Virus record (IMG/VR): IMGVR_UViG_2548876696_000013
From: a virus
Taxonomy: Duplodnaviria > Heunggongvirae > Uroviricota > Caudoviricetes
Length of the DNA stretch: 16,659 nt
Strand: one strand, 5' to 3'
Under the pieces are notes generated by a model. That model had not been told where the DNA came from, searched no databases, and saw nothing but the letters and a program-made list of their open reading frames with translations. Both the position numbers and the translations under genes were made by a program. Shown piece by piece: positions 14,727-16,659 of this stretch (its first letter is position 1; every line of letters begins with the position of its first letter).

Positions 14727-14866
14727 TGCCTGAAAAACCCCAATTTTGTTGTTTTTCAGTTTCACCAGGGCGAACGAATCCCCGCCCACGTTCGGGCGCA
14801 TATTCAATCTTCATAGTTATATCTCTGTATTAGTGGATGTGTGGCGACTGTGTGCCGCCAGTCTTT

Positions 14867-15055
14867 TTAGTGAACTGCCTTGCAGCTATCCTTCCAGGCC
14901 AAAACCTCAGATAAAGACCAGCCAACAGAACGCCCACCAAGTTTACGACGTGATGGGAATTGTCCGGCCTTTTCCAGGCGGTAGCGGCATGAGCGGCTAA
15001 GGCCTGTTAGCTTTTCGCATTCTTTTTCACGTATAAACCGATCAGTGCTTAACAC
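14867..15055 (-). CDS. alpA: AlpA-family phage regulatory protein / excisionase-like HTH (62 aa, GTG start)
   Basis: Motif KLTGLSRSCRYRLEKAGQFPSRRKLGGRSVGWSLSEVLAWK is typical of the AlpA/Vis family. SD AAGGGGG lies 7 nt upstream of the GTG. Confidence 0.85.
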   Translation of the reverse strand: MLSTDRFIREKECEKLTGLSRSCRYRLEKAGQFPSRRKLGGRSVGWSLSEVLAWKDSCKAVH

Positions 15056-15214
15056 TATTGCCCCCTTTCGTTTCTTAAAGAGTTATTTCGTGTTCTATTG
15101 CGTTGGGATGTGTCTGATTGTGTCAGGATGATTCAGAGTTGGCAAATGTTGGTGTCGCATGGTTTACAGAAAGAGGAATAATCAGGATAAAATCATTTAA
15201 ATTCATATCAATAC

Positions 15215-15246
15215 AAAGGCATAAAATCTTGTTTTATGCCTTTTTT
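15215..15246. terminator. Bidirectional hairpin terminator between int and alpA (AAAGGCATAAAA-tcttg-TTTTATGCCTTT then T6)
   Basis: 12-bp stem seen in sequence. T-tract on the plus strand and an A/U-rich flank on the minus strand. Confidence 0.6.
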
Positions 15247-15337
15247 CGCACGCTTTAACGCGTAATTCACTAATGTATAAAAAACCAGCTAAGCATTAAA
15301 AATCAGTAACTTATAAATCTGTATTCTTTTTGGCCTC

Positions 15338-15383
15338 TTGTTCGTGATTGTGTCACGTTGTTGCACATTGTTTCACGTTGTAT
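15338..15383 (-). promoter_or_regulatory. Five exactly 10-bp-phased NNACAA hexamers (minus-strand orientation) with CGTG/TGTG spacers
   Basis: Plus-strand TTGTTC, TTGTGT, TTGTTG, TTGTTT and TTGTAT at 15338, 15348, 15358, 15368 and 15378. Located 47-92 bp downstream of the int stop codon. Confidence 0.55.
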
Positions 15384-15429
15384 CTGTGCACTTATCCAGT
15401 ATGCGCATACTGAAAAAACACGAAAAAAA

Positions 15430-16659
15430 TTATTTTATTCTGGTTACTGGTAGCGTGGTTACGTTTTCATGTGTTCCCGCCAGTATCTCCAACCGCTCCA
15501 CCCACATATCAAGCGCATTGCGTTTCGCATCAATATAGCGGGAATGGTTGTACACGCGTTGCATTCCTGGCATCTGGTGGCCTGTAAGCTGCTCCACGAC
15601 GTGAGGATCAACGCCTAAATCGTTCAGCATGGTTGTAAAGGTGCGCCGGATGTCATGCAGTGACCAGTGAGGGTGTTTAAGCCTCCTGTGCACCAATCTG
15701 CCGTACTGCGATACGCTGGTTTCCTGTTTCACTTCCCCCAGCAATAAGCCCGTGTGCCTGTTCTGCTCCACCAGCTGCGTGACGAACGGCAGTATCGCTT
15801 CCGGTATGGGCCGGAATATGGCTACCTTCGTTTTGCTGTGCTCCTTCGGAACGGTCCAGAGCATTTCGGTAAAATCCCACTCGCCGATCTCCGATAACCT
15901 CAGTTCTACTGTCCGGCATCCGAAAACAATCAGGAGGCGGATTAGTGCGACGTAGTAAGGGGAAAATATTTTTTTGTCCAGTGCCTGCAATAATTCGCCA
16001 AGTTCTTTGTTACTTAAGACACGCTCACTTATATCCGGTTTTTTCCCAACGTCCGCCACACTCATATCATCAAGAACGTTGCTGATTGCATAGCGCCGCT
16101 TCCTGCAGAACTTAAGCGCCTGCTTGCATGTCTGTAGCAGGAACCCGGCGGAAACAGGGGCTTTCTTTGCCACCCGATCAAAACAGGCCAGCCAGTGCCG
16201 TAGCTCGCATTTATCCAGCGGCATAGGGCCAATGTGCTGTATTACGTGATTATTTAGCCGCTTTTTCAGTGGGTCATAATCCACACGGTTTTCCTTTGCG
16301 TACGACTCAAGCCAGTAGGTGAGCGCATCGCCAACCGTTACCGGCTTTAACGCTTCCTGTACGGTGTAATTCATTTCATGACGTGGATTTTTCCCCTCTG
16401 CCAGCCATGCGCGACACTGGGCGGCTTTTTCCCTGGCTGATTTCAGGCTCAGATCAGGATAATTTCCCAGCTTAATGCGTTCCGGTGGTGCCCCCCTTCC
16501 CGTTCCGGCCCTGTAAGTGAAATACCAGGTTAAAAGGCCACTGGTTGAATGCCTGACGCTCAGGTTTCCACCGTCATTAAGAAAGGCTGTTTTTTGGGCG
16601 GGTGTGCCGTTGATTTTCCTCAGCTGTGTATCGCTCAGTTTGTTAAGTGCTCTGCTCAT
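15430..16659 (-). CDS. int: Tyrosine site-specific integrase, P4-like (409 aa; start codon is the last three bases of the window)
   Basis: N-terminal arm-binding-like region (LSDTQLRKI ... DGGNLSVRHSTSGLLTWYFTYR) and a C-terminal catalytic region with conserved R, HxxR and Y (HDIRRTF ... YNHSRYID). The upstream RBS is outside the window, so the true start could lie further out. Confidence 0.9.
   Translation of the reverse strand: MSRALNKLSDTQLRKINGTPAQKTAFLNDGGNLSVRHSTSGLLTWYFTYRAGTGRGAPPERIKLGNYPDLSLKSAREKAAQCRAWLAEGKNPRHEMNYTVQEALKPVTVGDALTYWLESYAKENRVDYDPLKKRLNNHVIQHIGPMPLDKCELRHWLACFDRVAKKAPVSAGFLLQTCKQALKFCRKRRYAISNVLDDMSVADVGKKPDISERVLSNKELGELLQALDKKIFSPYYVALIRLLIVFGCRTVELRLSEIGEWDFTEMLWTVPKEHSKTKVAIFRPIPEAILPFVTQLVEQNRHTGLLLGEVKQETSVSQYGRLVHRRLKHPHWSLHDIRRTFTTMLNDLGVDPHVVEQLTGHQMPGMQRVYNHSRYIDAKRNALDMWVERLEILAGTHENVTTLPVTRIK

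Larger units (their letters stand above)
1462..16659. mobile_element. Integrated phage-satellite island with cfPICI / P4-like architecture; left boundary approximate, right end beyond the window
   Basis: Contiguous minus-strand block of integrase, AlpA, replication ATPase with iterons, SSB, and a complete HK97-type head and packaging module, with no tail or lysis genes. It begins immediately after the phoQ stop codon. Exact att sites cannot be defined from one junction. Confidence 0.8.

Noticed and set aside
13293-14814. Two long minus-strand ORFs (13293-14105, 270 aa; 14062-14814, 250 aa) downstream of alpA
   Set aside because: Translations are Cys/Ser-rich and low in complexity, they run through three plus-strand terminator hairpins, and they are antisense to four plus-strand genes with proper SD sequences. 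Their internal similarity is just the reverse complement of the plus-strand duplication. Treated as antisense artefacts, although this is not proven without expression data.
14746-15000. 84-aa plus-strand ORF overlapping alpA
   Set aside because: Antisense to the well-supported AlpA-family gene, begins after a strong plus-strand terminator, and has no SD. A short antisense RNA here remains possible but is not supported as a protein.
15338-15538. 66-aa plus-strand ORF spanning the phased-repeat array and the int 3' end
   Set aside because: It overlaps the repeat array and the integrase C-terminus on the opposite strand. No SD and no recognisable protein features.

Overview
The window opens with a complete phoQ gene (+ strand, 1..1461). 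The rest, from about 1.5 kb to the window end and continuing beyond it, is one integrated phage-satellite-type island encoded almost entirely on the minus strand. Reading right to left it carries a P4-type tyrosine integrase (its start codon is the last three bases of the window), an AlpA-family regulator, two tandem small Icd-like paralogs, a DUF4222-like protein, an AAA-type replication ATPase followed by an iteron origin, a short SSB, a PerC-like regulator, and a full HK97-type head and packaging module (major capsid, prohead protease, portal, head-tail adaptor and connector, HNH endonuclease, TerS, TerL). There are no tail, lysis or tail-fibre genes. This is the architecture described for capsid-forming phage-inducible chromosomal islands (cfPICI) and P4-like satellites. 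The signals most worth follow-up are: (1) three arrays of exactly 10-bp-phased NNACAA-CGTG repeats at the phoQ-proximal end, upstream of the capsid operon, and between int and alpA; (2) two tandemly duplicated plus-strand modules, each a ribbon-helix-helix protein plus a small partner protein with operator palindromes, lying antisense to the island in the alpA-to-replication interval; (3) a hairpin plus A7/U7 tract abutting the capsid start codon; (4) a candidate cos site in the HNH-terS gap; (5) a repeat-rich 0.85 kb non-coding terminal region next to phoQ. All assignments come from reading the sequence and from remembered family signatures; no database search was run.
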